64,000 bases of DNA from Eledone cirrhosa (lineage: Eukaryota), in the NCBI GenBank assembly GCA_964016885.1, contig OZ024740.1:130262001-130326000 (forward strand), in the 5' to 3' direction. Below, piece after piece: positions 11,406 through 24,700 of the stretch. The notes under the pieces were generated by a model. The model was not told where the DNA came from. It did no database searches and worked only from the letters and a program-made list of their open reading frames with translations. The position numbers and the translations under genes were made by a program. Every line of letters starts with the position of its first letter. Positions within the stretch are counted from its first letter, which is position 1.

Positions 11406-13628
11406 ATGGAATTCTTTAATATCTCTTCTTCTCTAAAAGACATACCTCTACTTAGAAACAAAGACTTTATTAAACAATTAATAGATAATTCAGACTCTTT
11501 TATAAGGAGAATCAGGTGGCGTGTATTCCACTTTGATAAATCTAATACAAATGAAAATGTCTCAGACTTAGATAAAGTTTTCAAATCTAAAAAAAATCCA
11601 CCCCCCAACAAACTTTTAATTGATTTTAAAAACGATATAATCTCTATCATACAAGGAGTCAAATTCAAGAGAAACTTCAAAGGCCAGGAATATCTGAAAA
11701 GCATTAAGGATAATATTGTGAGCTTAGAGAGAACAGAGAAGATCTTGGTGAAATCGGACAAAACCAACAACCTCTATGGACTGGATAAAGACATGTATAA
11801 TGGCCTCATACTGAAAGAACTAAGGAAAAAGTACAACGTAGCAGATAAGGCTGAACTTGAGAAAATGAACGTTGAGGCATCTTGTATAATGCATGAGTTG
11901 GAAATTGAGAACAAAACACAACCTTTCTTGCCCAGGAAACCCAAGATCAATATGAAAGATCACAAAAGAAATTTTGAAAACGACTTGCCAGTCAGATTGA
12001 TCGCACCATCAAAATCTGACCTGGGTAAACTTAGCAAAAACATTCTAGACAGGGTGATACAGCAAATTAAGAACTTGAATTGTTCACCTAACTTAAGCTT
12101 GTGGAAGGGAACTGGAGAGGTTATTGAGTGGTTTAAAGAAATTAAATATAACAATAATAATAAATTTATTCAACTAGATATTGCTAACTACTAATCATCT
12201 ATTACCCCTAACCTACTAAATAAGGCACTAAATTATGCATTGAAACATACAGACCTAACTAGCAATGAAATGCACATTATACTATCGGCAAGAAAAACAT
12301 TGTTAGAATTTAATAACCAACTATGGACTAGGGCAGATAGGGATAGCAATTTTGACATTACTATGGGATCATCTGACTCAGCTCAGGTAACAGACCTTGT
12401 GGGCCTATTTATAATTAATTCGCTGCATAGGAAAATACCCGGTGCTACCGGAGGATAATATCGGGATGACATGCTTTTACTTATTGAAAATAATAACTCT
12501 GAACTAAATAGAAAAAGAAAACAAATTATACAATTTTTTAATTACCTTAATCTAAAAATAGAAATTGAGAATAACCATAGAATAGTCAATTTCCTAGATA
12601 TAACATTAAATCTCAACACATGTCTTCACTATCCATTTCACAAGTTAAATGAAAACTTGAATTATGTCAACTTTAACTCCAACCACCCCAGATCTGTTAA
12701 AAATTCTATAGTGAACTCTGTTCAAAAACGTATCTCTAGAATCTCATCTAATAAAAATATTTTCGACCAAAAAGCCCACTATTACAATGAAGCGTTAGCT
12801 AGAGCAGGATATAGTGATACAATTATGTACATCGATAATAATAGACAAACTAACCAAAATAACAACAATTTTAATTACGGTAACAACTTTAACAACTATA
12901 ATAGAAAGAATTACAATAATTCCAAAAACCAGAAAAGGAATAGAACTAGAAACATAATTTGGTTTGCCCCCCCTTTCTCACTAAACATTAAAACCCACAT
13001 CGCTAAACTATTTTTTAATGCTCTTGACAAACGATTCCCTAGAACACATAAGTATCACTCAATTTTCAATAGACATACTATAAAATTAACCTACTCGTCC
13101 ACCAAAAATTTAGCACAATATATTAATAGAATAAATAATAGAAATCTAAAACCTAGCCAAAATACCGATAATAGCATAAACAATATTCAAGTAAACAACT
13201 GTAACTGTAGAGATAGGTCTAAATGCCCGTTAAATAACAATTGCGTAGTTAAAAATATAATATACAACTGTAATGTTAAAACTGACTTAAATTCTTTTAA
13301 TCATGTTGGTTCCACCTCGACAGAATTTAAACTTCGCTATATTAATCACAAGAATTCTTTCACAGATCCAAACAAAAAATCTTCAACATCACTATCAGGC
13401 TTACTCTGGCAACTTAAACATGATAACGTTGGATATTCGACGGTTTGGAATATAGTCTCAAGAGGGATTCCTTTTAATTCCTCCTCTGAGACATGTGACC
13501 TCTGCGCAGAGGAGATATTCTTTATACTAAAATCTAAAAATTCCCTTAATTTACGGACCAATTTATTCAGTTGCTACAGACATAGATTGAACTCAACTTT
13601 TAAATATAAATATAAGTTTAAAATGTAA
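11406..13628 (+). pseudogene. PLE reverse transcriptase / GIY-YIG endonuclease ORF with two in-frame TAA stops (12192, 12456)
   Basis: ORFs 11406-12194, 12240-12458 and 12471-13628 share one frame. Motifs: KSDKT, RLIAPSKSDLG, LDIANY*, TMGSSDSAQVTDLVG, GG*YRDD, FLDI, CNCRDRSKCPL, IIY..HVGST..FKLRYINH, CDLCAEE. Confidence 0.92.
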
Positions 13629-14621
13629 TATATTTACTTAAGACTTTTAATTATTTTAGAAAACTTGGCGATTAATCTTTCGATTCCTTCAATTCTTTAA
13701 ACCTTCTTCATGAATATATAATTAATAATGTAATTAAACTACCTTACAACGGTGATGATCCAAATCTATTGAATAACATTTTTATGCTAGATAAACTTCT
13801 AGAATAAATATAAGAGCATCTGTAGAACAACCGAGCATCCTAAAGTTTTTTTTGAATAATTTCTGCTAAATAAGATTGGTGAATAATTTTGGTTTTGTTT
13901 GCTTTTGACTCTGATTGCTTCTAATAAACTTGGCAATATTGTCAAATAAATTGGAGGGATTGATTGATATGCTGGGAACACTGTGTTTTTTATTACGGCC
14001 CTAGATATTCTGGGGAGGAAAATATTCTTGGCGTTTTTAATATTTTAATATATTGATATCTGTTCTATTCTATGCTTGTACGATAATCATGTAAGAAAGG
14101 GCAAGCATATTATTATTATTAATAATGTATATTGTATGTATATATATATATGTATGTACACTTATGTGTATGGTGAAATATTTTTAACGCAATGAAGAGT
14201 TCCATGTGAAATAAAAATTTACAGAGCTGATCATGTAAACTCACATGTGTCTATAATGTCAGTTTGAGATAACCTTCTCTTTTTCTTTCTCTTTTCTCTT
14301 TTTTCATGAAAATACATATATACCTATGTATTCCAGTATTTTTTGAGGTTTTATCTCAGATTTTGATTATAAACCTATGAATTTTTAAACTAAACATATA
14401 GTCACTATTTTTTTTCACACATTATTGATATGTGTCTCATTGATAGATATTGATGTTTACATTATAATTCATAGGAATTGATAGACTGATGAAACATAAT
14501 ATTTTAAAACTATCATTTTTGTTTCTAAGTATATCTCCTCTCCTCCTCCTTTCTACTCTTATATCGGCTGTTTTAACTCTATCTCCTGTATATCACTCCT
14601 CCCCTATCTCTCCCACCTCGT

Positions 14622-15155
14622 ATAATAGATATTACTCGATCTACCTCTCCTTATTTATTTTTGTTTTTATTTCTCCCCGTATCCTTAACACTAAATAAAT
14701 AAATAAACAAATGAATAATTACACTACCCCCTTCCCTCATAGATCTCTCATTTGGTGTTTTCTCTTTACATACATTTCTTCATCTTCTTCACCTTCCGCG
14801 CTTTCTTTTTCTTTTCTCCTTCTTTTTCTTTTTCCTTTTTTCCTTTTTTCTCCGTCTTTGTTTCTAACCGTCCTTAACATTTTCACTACCGTAACAACTT
14901 TTTAAATGGAAGTTGTAAACTCTAAGGTATGTCAAATTTATTTATAAAACTGTCTATATATTGTATTTTGTCTGAAGAGGGCATACCATATTTTTAATAT
15001 GATATCCCTGAAATATATATAATGAAATAAATATGGTTTTATAAATGTAATTTCCATTTGTTTAATATCGTAAAATACTCCAAAACCTGTTGAGTGCTTT
15101 TATATCAGTTATAAAATATTTACTCGTTGCAACCCAACATTTTAAATAAAACTTT

Positions 15156-15162
<7 letters not shown>
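14622..15162 (+). repeat. 3' pseudo-LTR of PLE
   Basis: Direct repeat of 10820-11360. Confidence 0.92.
14964..15029 (+). ncRNA. Type I hammerhead ribozyme in 3' pLTR
   Basis: Identical to 11162-11227. Confidence 0.75.
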
Positions 15163-15191
<29 letters not shown>

Positions 15192-15193
<2 letters not shown>

Positions 15194-15394
15194 GTAGAAG
15201 AAATCGAAAATGCAACTGGTGACTTTTAAGAATATTTATACATTTACTGGGATGTGAGACAAATCACAACGGAAACAGAAACCCTCCATCACAATCTTAC
15301 TTTTGAAAATCATAACAACTGTGAAACCGGTTATATAAAGAAATAAATATTCTTAAAATAATCCAGTTACATTTTCAATATCATTTTCTTATAC
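15192..15394. repeat. Small foldback with ~50-bp arms
   Basis: GAAAATGCAACTGGTGACTTTTAAGAATATTTAT / ATAAATATTCTTAAAATAATCCAGTTACATTTTC. Contains a GAAA-CCGG-TT half-hammerhead. Confidence 0.55.
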
Positions 15395-15438
15395 TTTCAC
15401 CTATGTAGACATCTCGTCTTTGTTTTCTAAAGAGAAAC

Positions 15439-15518
<80 letters not shown>

Positions 15519-15977
15519 ATGTGTGTGTTTTTATGTACGATTGGTTATGAGGATGCATCTATTTTTGCGTATAGCAAGGTGAATGTTATTTCTACATATT
15601 AGAATTACGATGAATGTTAAATTTCTATTTTACTAACAATCAAATCTATGAAACAGACGTAAATGAAACAAATTCGTCATACTAACATATTATGTAGGGA
15701 TATATATCCTACTCGCCATCGTACGATTCCGTTTAGAATTATTTCAAATGATACGATATCAGATTCAACACTTTTACTTGACTTCACACTCACACATACA
15801 TGAATGCAATAAAGAATTTTCATAAAAATGGTATATCGAATTTTATAAACAAGTTAAATGAAAGAATTTAGGTGACGAAATGGGAAATATATTAAGTTAA
15901 ATACATTCGAACATACATGTTGCTTCGGAAAATTTAACTAACATTTGAATTCGAACATTATTGTGTTTCATTATTTT

Positions 15978-16562
15978 GGCAGTATCGGTAGAGAGTCGGA
16001 CACCATGCTTTGAAGCATAGAGTTACGTCCCTTTATGATCTGAGTTCAAATCCCACCGAGGTTAACTTTGCCTTTCATCCTTACGGGGTCGATAAAATAA
16101 AGTACCAGTAATGTACTGAGCAATGCTGGCCTTGTGCCTAAAATAGAAACAATTATATTGACAGTATCGGTAGAGGGTCGGATGCTATGGTTTGCAGCAT
16201 AGATACGTCTCTTAACGATCTGAGTTCAAATCCCGCTGAGGTTGACTTTGCCTTTCATCCTTACGGAGTCGATAAAATAAAGTACCAGTAATGCACTGGG
16301 TCATTGCTGGCCTTGTGCCAATAAGTAGAAACAATTATTTTATTACGGGGTCCCTTTACGGACTGAGTTCAAGTCCCGCCGAGGTTAACTTTGCCTTTCA
16401 TCCTTACGGCGTCGATAAAATAAAGTACCAGCAATGCACTGTGTAATTGCCGTCCTTGTACCAAAAAGTAGAAACAATTATTTTATTACGGGGTCGATAA
16501 AATAAAGTACCAGTAATGTACTGGTTAAGTGCTGGCCTTGTGCCAAAATTAGAAACAATTAT
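15978..16562 (+). mobile_element. Tandem cluster of four tRNA-derived SINE copies (two near full-length, two 5'-truncated)
   Basis: Units start at ~15978, 16159, 16347 and 16485. GAGTTCAAATCC B-box in the first three, TTTGCCTTTCATCCTTACGGGGTCGATAAAATAAAGTACCAG body, GAAACAATTA ends. Confidence 0.88.
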
Positions 16563-17024
16563 ATTATTTGAATTCATGTCAGATTCCTTTCGCATCATTT
16601 GAACCTACAGAAACATTAGCTATAATCGAGAACAATGTTTATCATATATTACGACACTGAGATATATATTACATTGTGACGTTTCTGCGAACGGAATTAG
16701 AAACTAGTGTTATTAGATATATGCGAATACTTGTACTGAAACACTCATACTTTTTATCGAATTTCATTAAGAATAACATTATAAACTGATCTATTGTGGT
16801 CTAACACCTATAATCAGCAAAGTAAAGATTTTAAGGCATTACCAATAGATATAGAAGTTGAATTTTTGTAAAATCCATGCTCTTCTGTATCCTAGTTTTA
16901 AGGTAACTTCGTACGTATAATTGCTTTACCTAGTATAAAATAGTGGAAATACATAATATATAATCATAGAATAAAATTAGTAATATCATGGCCCCATCTC
17001 TCCTTTGATAGTGCTATGGTAGTG

Positions 17025-17175
17025 TGGTGGAAAGGCAGAATTGGTAGAGCAACATATACAATGGTATTCTATAATTATTTCTCGTTCTATTCATTCTGCG
17101 TTCAAATCCCACCTAAGTTAACTCTTCCCTTCATATTGACGGGCTCAATCAAATATGGCCGCAAGTTGATTTAAT
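17025..17175 (+). mobile_element. Degenerate SINE
   Basis: GGCAGAATTGGTAGAGC A-box and GCGTTCAAATCCC B-box, similar to the main SINE. Confidence 0.5.
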
Positions 17176-17330
17176 CAAATTTGTTCTTTTTCTGAATTCT
17201 AAATCAATACTGCTATATTGCATATAACAAAAAATTAAATGTCTATTTGTCTAAGTTTTCCATAAAATTAGTGAGCATTTATAAATCACTATAAGTAAAA
17301 GATTGATACATTTTCTAACTCGTATAAATG

Positions 17331-17331
<1 letters not shown>

Positions 17332-17362
<31 letters not shown>

Positions 17363-17385
17363 CTTCTTCTTCTACTTCTTCTTCT
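17332..17385. repeat. (TTC)n microsatellite
   Basis: Directly visible. Confidence 0.95.
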
Positions 17386-18016
17386 TTGGAGGGGATGGCG
17401 ATCCAGATATAGATGCTCCTGTTCCTTACCTCATCCCAGTTCCTATCAACCCTGAAGTAGGGACCGAATACGAACCCAAGCAACTTCAGCGATCAGTCAG
17501 TTCAGTGTTCCATAAAACTGTTGATAGGAATGGATTTGCCTCTCCTCCTACCGATCCCCACGATTCCAGGGGTATTTACACAATCACCATAACGACGTCC
17601 GCATAGGCCAATACAACATTTCTATGCTTGGTTCGAATGGGTACACTGCTAAAGTATCCAACTTCGACAGTAGAAGCTCGAGAGTTCGTACAGAAGTGAT
17701 GACTGTTTGAACATTTGAGTGAGTGAGCGCGTTATATGAAACAATTTAATGCTATTTATTTTGACCACTAAGCAAATGCTGCTGTGTTTTGCAGTGATCC
17801 AGCCTCTGACAGAGGGCCCGAATCTGGCTGTTTTGATTAGAGCTTCGAGGTACCGATGATTGACTCCATAGGAATCTTTCGAATGATTTATAGTGATAAG
17901 AGATCCATCGAATCCAGGTTTACTCCCCACCCCTACCCCATTGAGGTGGATATATCTATTTCCATTTGCGGTAGACAGCTTTGTGGCCGTTTACGTAAAA
18001 CCTGTAGAACAAATAA

Positions 18017-19997
18017 TACCGTGTAACACAATTTTTTCTCCTCTGTTCCTGGCTTGTAATCACTTTTTTTGTGTTGCTTAGGTCCCAAATAAATAAAAAA
18101 GTGCTATTAAACAGTTAAAAGTTTGGGTTTGTAAACATTCTAAGCTATTCACTAGAATTATTTGTATGCTGGATTTTACGTTGTATGTAATTTTAATTTG
18201 CTTATGTTAAATGATTGTTTATATATGTTTCAGGTTAAATTAAAATTATAAAATAAAGAGTAATACCTGAAGAGAATTATTAAAGTGCAATAAAGTATAA
18301 AGTTGTTAGAAAGTGGGTTAAAGCGTTTTATTGATACTGAATTTTCGCACCCTGAATAAAGTGTAAGTTGTGTTTTAAGCACGAATTTTCATTAGAATGA
18401 TTAGTGTTCTTTTATAGTATTTAAATATGTATTTCCCTTTACAATATTTATTTTGTATTGAAATATCAAATATATTTTCCAAGACGAGTATTCTGATTAA
18501 GAGGAGGAGATGGATGCTGAGGACTTGGATTACCTGCCTGAGGTACAAGAAAAAGTTCCTCACTTCCCAAACCCAAAAGAGGTCAATGACTTGGTCAGGG
18601 AGATGGGTCTGACCAAGTCAAATGCAGAGCTATTCGTCTCCAGGATGAAGCATTCTTGGTCAAGGAGGTAGTGCAGGTGACAAGCCAAGATATGGACACG
18701 AACCTTTCTCAGGCTTTTACACTCTTAGGGATGGTCTCTGCTTCTGCCATGACGTCCCTGGTCTGTTTGACGTTATTGGGGTTCCGTTTGTACCCAAGGA
18801 GTGGTGGCTATTTATAGATAGCTCCACCACAAGTTTGAAGGCTGTTCTCCTCGACAATGGAAACGAGTTCCCGACACTGCCCCTAGCTCATTCAGTCTGC
18901 CCGAAGGAAGATTACTACAGTGTGAAAGTCCTCTTGGAAGCTCTGCAATACAAACAGTACAATTGGGAAATCTTTGGAGACTTGAAGATGGTGACTTTCC
19001 TGCTTGGGCTCCAATGAGGTTTTATGAAATTCCAATGCTTCCTCTGCCTTTGGGACAGCAGAGCCACCTCTGACCACTACAAAAGTAAGAACTGTGAGCA
19101 GCGAACAGAATTTGTAGTTGGAACACGGTACGTCATGTGGGAGCCACTGGTTGATCCCAGGAGTGTGCTCATGCCGCCCCTGCACATTAATTTGGGGTTG
19201 ATGAAGCAGTTTGTGAAGGCTCTCAACCAAGAATCAGCTGCATTTAAGTACCTTCTTGAGTTCTTTCGCAAGTTATCTGAGGCCAAAATGAAATGTGGAG
19301 TTTTTGTTGGACCTCAGATAAAGGTGTTTGAGTCTAACGAGTTCTACAATAAGCTCAATAGGATTGATAGAACAGCATGGAACTGTTTCAAGGCTGTTGT
19401 TAAGGGTTTCTGGGCAACTACATAGCTCAAAACTACCAGCAACTGGTGCAGGCTCTGATAAAGGCTTTTGGCCCCATGGGATGCAGGATGTCGCTTAAAC
19501 TCCATATGCTGGAAGCTCACCTGGAAGAGTTCAAGGACAATTTGGGCGCCTACTCAGAAGAACAAGGCGAACGATTCCACCAAGATGTGAAAGATATAGA
19601 GCGGAGATACCAGGGCCACTACAATGAAAACGTGATGGGGACTGTATCTGGGGTCTAGCGCGGGAATGCGACCTGGACTACAACCTCAAATCCAGGAAAT
19701 CCAGTCATTTCTGACGTGTATAAGTTGATTTATAAGTGTTATTTCTTTTTACTTGTTTGCTTTTGATAAGCTTGTGTAATAAAATGAATATATACTCTGT
19801 TGATTTAATTATATGAACTGATACATTTTTAAAAAATGTGTTTTTTCTTGAAATATATGAAAGTTTCGAAGTATCAAGCTTCTGACTTCAAACCAAAACT
19901 TCTGATTAAATAATAGTGATTTGTTTTATAATAATGGGATATAACAAACCATGAAATGACACTTAGAACCGGGGAACCAAAAATATGTTACACGGTG
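18017..19997 (+). mobile_element. Chapaev/Chapaev3-like (CMC) DNA transposon with TIRs and a 4-bp TSD (ATAA)
   Basis: Left end (t)ACCGTGTAACACAATTTTT, right end AAAAATATGTTACACGGTG. ATAA at 18013-18016 and 19998-20001. The flanks rejoin into contiguous Tx1 ORF2 sequence. Confidence 0.8.
18500..19714 (+). pseudogene. Chapaev3-type transposase, disrupted
   Basis: FIDSSTTSLKAVLLDNGN..GDLKMV..CFLCLWDSRA..MPPLHINLGLMKQFVKAL..GVFVGPQI..MSLKLHMLEAHL..SEEQGERFHQD. One stop and several frameshifts. Family assignment is from recall of the motif set. Confidence 0.75.
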
Positions 19998-20311
19998 ATA
20001 ATCCAAGCCGCGTATTTCCCCCTCGTAGAGTTGGCCAAGGATTCTAGTTCCATACCTGATTTTGTCGACTTTTCGCAGCACTGCGCCTCAACCGGCAAGA
20101 TTTCCGGAGGCCGTCGAAGCAGAAACTATTGTTCACCACCGTCTCCACCACCTCATTGTATCTGAAACGCGTGGAAAGTACTGCCGAAAAACTGCAATTA
20201 TCGAACAGCTTGCGCTGTCTTAGTTGATTAATGAATGAATTATTGATTTATTGACATACTGCACATTTACCAATTGGGTTTATAAACAACTTTCATCATC
20301 TTGTCTCTTAG

Positions 20312-20532
20312 GACGGTGGATTGGCAGCATTGATAGAGCGTCGAACACCCTGCTTTGCATGATAGAGTTAAAGTCCTTTACTTTGTGAGTTTAAATCCCG
20401 CCTAGGTTAGTTTGCCTTTAATCGCTACGGGGGTCGATAAAATAAAGCAGCAGTAACGAACTGGGGTCAATTTAATTGATGTTCCCCTCCCCCAAATTCG
20501 CTGGCCTTGTGTCTATAATACAAATCATTATT
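20312..20532 (+). mobile_element. tRNA-derived SINE
   Basis: GGACGGTGGATTGGCAG head, GAGTTTAAATCCC, GGGGTCGATAAAATAAAG body, GCTGGCCTTGTGTC..CATTATT tail. Confidence 0.8.
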
Positions 20533-21504
20533 TTGTATCTTCGTGCAAGCGCCACAACTCAACAATGAATCATTCATGTTTCGCACTGAACATCTTTGGT
20601 GCCATTCTCCCAGCTATCACATCGGTTATTGCCTTTGCTATTGCTTGCAAGGTGGAGTACCAAATTACCACCCGGGTCTAGGGATATCGTCCTTACCTCG
20701 AGATCCAGGGCTTTCCTAAACATTGTTGCAGTGATCCTGATCCTCACCATTAGCCTGCCCAAACGGGGTCCACAGAGTGCTTGAGGGGAATAGGTTTGCT
20801 TGTGAAGATTATTGAAATGCCTGCAGTTGACTTGATCTAACGTCGGGCATAATGATATTTCGATATCTGATTGTGACGCTACCAATAGCCGTGTTTATTG
20901 CTTAAATATTGTTTCGTCCCTGCTGACAAAACCTCGAGATTGATTGCTTTTTCTACCTTTGTATTTAGCCGCTTGGTGTCAAATTGTCGTACTTTTTAAG
21001 CAATAGTTCAGCTACTTTTGCTGACACGGCTGTGTATGGGATGTTATTGTTGTTCTTGTCGTTTTTGTTATTATTGCTATTGTTCATATTGATGTTATAT
21101 TATTGTTATTACTGTTTGTCACATTTGATTTTGTTGTTTGCATGTGTTGTAATTTTGTCCCCGTGGTAGTATTGCTGGTGGTGGTATTAGTCCTAATGTT
21201 GTGGTAGGGGCGGGGTCATTATTCACTGTGGCAGACTTTCGCATTGATTTTAAGTTTTGTGTTGCAGTTTTTGTTGTTTTCAGCATCGGTGCTGGTTGTT
21301 GATAATTTTATTCTTGCTAATGCTGAAGTGTTGCTGTTCCTATTGTCGGTGGTGTATATTGTGGCGGTGGTCATACTGGTGAACAACCGTCTATTCTGTG
21401 TTGCATAAAATCGTTGTCCACCTTCCTTTTTTTCAGGAAATTGAAGGTTGGGTTTCGAAAAAAACACAATTTTAGGTTCATATTTTCTAATAATAACAAT
21501 AAAC

Positions 21505-21543
<39 letters not shown>
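21505..21543. repeat. (AAT)n tract at LINE junction
   Basis: Similar tracts at 27447-27520, 32826-32865, 37256-37327, 37510-37523, 38856-38873, 49053-49068, 60657-60674 and 62492-62575. Confidence 0.95.
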
Positions 21544-21544
<1 letters not shown>

Positions 21545-21786
21545 TTTTCTTTATTAACCACAAGGGTTCACATAAAGTAGACATTAAGGACAGTACAGGA
21601 CAATACAGGACGGTACAAGTGGGCATTTCTGCGTGTAAAAAAACAGAGGTTGAAATAAAATAACAAAGAAAAATTCCCCAATAGGGGGGAGACTTCCAAG
21701 GGACATTTGTGGAGAAAGCCCATTAAAAGACCACAGTGGCCCTGACCACCAGGGCAAGTGCCCTCTCCCAGTTTTCCACCTTTAAT

Positions 21787-24700
21787 TTACAGACACATAC
21801 TCAGAGAAGGCCCATTCATTCGGGCCATACTTGCTTCTCTCACCCATCTTTCAACAAAATGCTGGGAAGAGAGCACTACCCTCTCTACCCTGATTTTCCT
21901 TTTCAAATGAAATTTGAAAAAGTTAATCAGGGCATCACCGAAGAGGTAAGTGCTCGTCTTCAGCCCTTTCAAACGTGTCCACCATACTATCTCTTTCGCC
22001 ATGGCCACCAGACAGATAAAAACTGCCTGCCCTTCCAGGCTAAAGGAAGGGGGCGGGGCAATCCTCACGATGGACTCAGCTGATAGCTGGATCCGTCCTA
22101 CACGTGACAGCAGGTGTTCGACATAAACCCACAAGTCAGCAATGCTCGGACACTGGACGAGTGCGTGCAAGACGGTTTCGTCGCCCTGCGCGCATCTCGG
22201 ACATGCCCGCCTGACGGCACCTCCATGCCTGTAGAGTTTATCCCGAACTGGCAAAGCTCCTCGCTAGCACTGCCAGGCCAGGGATTTCTGGAAGTTGTCC
22301 ATAGGCCCCGGCCCGAAAGTCCTTCCGAAGAGATTGGCTAGTTGATTTTCGTCGACGCCTAGAGTTTCTCCAAGTACGTCGTCGCTCTTCCCCTCCACTA
22401 ATCCCCTATAGAACGCCAATGTGGAGTTTCCACCGATCACATTGCCCGATTGGTCGAGGGCTGTGAGCGCTTGAAGACATTCCAGTCTCCAAGCGCTCCC
22501 TCTCGGTCTTCGCTTGACCCAGGACTGCAGCTCCGTCGAGGAGACGAGCTGGGGAAAAACGTGTCTTGCAAACGGCGACCACACCTGATCACCGTCGAGG
22601 AAGAGATGGAGATGTCGTAGCCTGAGCGCGTGTTTGCGCATCATCAGCCACGGCATGCCCAGCCCTCCACGTAGCGGGTGTTGACAGCAGATGGACCGCC
22701 TGACCATCGGAGCGCGTCCCTTCTACAAGAAGCGAAAGAGCAAACGCTCCAGCGCAGTCAGGCGGGGCTTAGGACAAGTTACGACGGTCAGGCGGTAGTA
22801 AATGACGGATGCGATGTACGCATTCGCCACCTCCGCTCGACCTTTCAGGGATAGCTTCCTCTTGGCCCATTTCTGGGTGAGAGAAGCCACCCTGCTCGTC
22901 ACCTCGTCCCAGTTTTTGTCCGTCTGGAGGTCTGGACCGAACCAGACCCCTAGCAATTTAATCGGTCCGTCCGTCCAGCGCCCGTCGACGCTGTTGGACG
23001 GCATGGACCTGCCTCTCCAGGTGCCGAGCTGCAGGCCCACTGACTTTTCCTGGTTGATCATTGCTCCTGTCACCGCTTCGTATTCTCTTAGTGTAGTGCC
23101 GATCGCCTCGATGTGTTTGGCGTTCGACACCACTACGGTGACATTGTCGGCATATGCTGACACGGATCTTCCGCATCCTAGTTCGCGCGGGACCCCTCTC
23201 AACGTCTCCAGTTTGTGCAGTAATGGCTCGAGAGTCAATACGTACAATAGGGACGAGAGGGGACATCCTTGGCGGACCGAGCGCATGATGTTGAACGGTT
23301 CCGAAAGGTGACCGTTCACTCTCACTACAGAGCAGATGTCGCTGTGCATGGCAGCGATCCACCCTCTGAAGACGGACCCAAAGCCAGCCGCCCTCAGGAC
23401 TGCCGTTAGGTAACGATGGTCGACCCTATCGAAGGCTTTCGACTGATCTAAATTGATCAAAGACCCATCCGTGCCAGGTTCCCTAGCTACCCTCTCTACG
23501 ATGTATCGCATGAGGTGGAGGTTGTCGTGGATGGATCTGTCGGGAATGGCGCATGTCCGTGCCTCTTCCACCAGACCACCAACGACAAGCGCCAACCTCT
23601 TTGCTAGCACCTTGGCCAAAATCTTGAACTCTGTGTTTAGCAGAGTTATGGGCCTAAAATTATCTATGTTATCCCCCTTGTTCGGATCCTTTCTCAGCAG
23701 CGCCACCGCTCCTCGGCTCACAGAGCTGGGAATTCTCCCGTTCTGTTGCCAGTTGCAGTAGACGTCCGCCAAGAGGCCTCCGAACAAGTTTGGCATTTGT
23801 ACGTAAAGTTCATAGGGCAGACCATCCAAACCAGGCGATTTACCCCTTGTGCAACTAGTCATTGCATCCCGTACTTCAGCGGTTGTTATCGGCTTTTCGC
23901 AACACTCCGCCTCAGTGGCCGAAAGCCGCAGCAGTCCGTCGAGGTAGACACTAAAGTCCATCCCTCGATCCGGCCCGCCACTGCCCCCAAACAGTTGAGC
24001 GAAGTGTCGCTGAAAAGCTTCACACATTTGCCCGGGATCGAGTAGCATGCGCCCGTCGTGGTCCACCAAAGACCGGATCGTGGCTTTGTTGCCACGACGC
24101 GCCTCCGCCACTTGGGCCCATTGAACGGCTTTCGTCCCCTCGTGTCTGAGAGCACGCACCCTAGCTCTGACAACGCAGCCTTCGTGCTTTGCATTGAAGA
24201 ATTGGTCAAGGGACAATTTCGCCGCAAGTACGTCGGTCGCGATGCCTTTCCTAAGCGCCTCATCTAAATTTCTAACTAATTCTCCCTCTGCTCTATTTTT
24301 CTCTATTGCTAAAGTCTTACTAAACCTAATGGACTCTATTCTAATTGCTCTTTTCAGAGCAAACCACCACTTGTTGTTGACGATGGCCCCCGTCAACGCC
24401 CGCTTAACTAGTTCGCTAATCCGGTCTCTGTAGGCCTTGCGCGCTGGTAAGGACGCGTTTAACTTCCAGTAGCCGGGTCCTCGTCTATGAAGCCTATCTA
24501 AGTCAAGCACACAGATCACGAATTTGTGGTCCGTGTAGCTGACTATCTTGAATTGTGGACAGCCTATGCTAGACCTATCTATTTCCCTACAAAATACTCT
24601 ATCTAGATATGATCTGGATGACCCTATGCGATTTGTCCAAGTCCACATTGGTACATTCGGGAAATCCATTCGGTACCTGTCAGACAGTTCAAAACGTCTG

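Larger units (their letters stand above)
10820..15162 (+). mobile_element. Near-intact Penelope-like element (Naiad-like) with 541-bp direct pseudo-LTRs
   Basis: Repeats 10820-11360 and 14622-15162 differ at only ~3 positions and enclose an RT + GIY-YIG reading frame. Flanked by (TA)n. Confidence 0.92.
17386..21490 (-). mobile_element. Old L1/Tx1 LINE relic (copy Z), interrupted by a DNA transposon and a SINE
   Basis: FGPYFRVDRNWDEV (17289-17483), GSLI..VNHRYLEAL..FGPSVRGWI (17649-17930) and MFRKALDLEVRTISLDPGG (20574-20885) all match ORF2 of the 21.5-27.4 kb element. Confidence 0.75.

Noticed and set aside
12192-12458. Selenocysteine or programmed readthrough in the Naiad-like PLE
   Set aside because: Both in-frame stops are TAA at non-Cys positions (expected Tyr and Leu), not TGA.
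15978-16562. CRISPR-like or tRNA gene array
   Set aside because: The units are SINE copies with A/B boxes and tails. There are no unique spacers, no cas genes and no complete cloverleaf.
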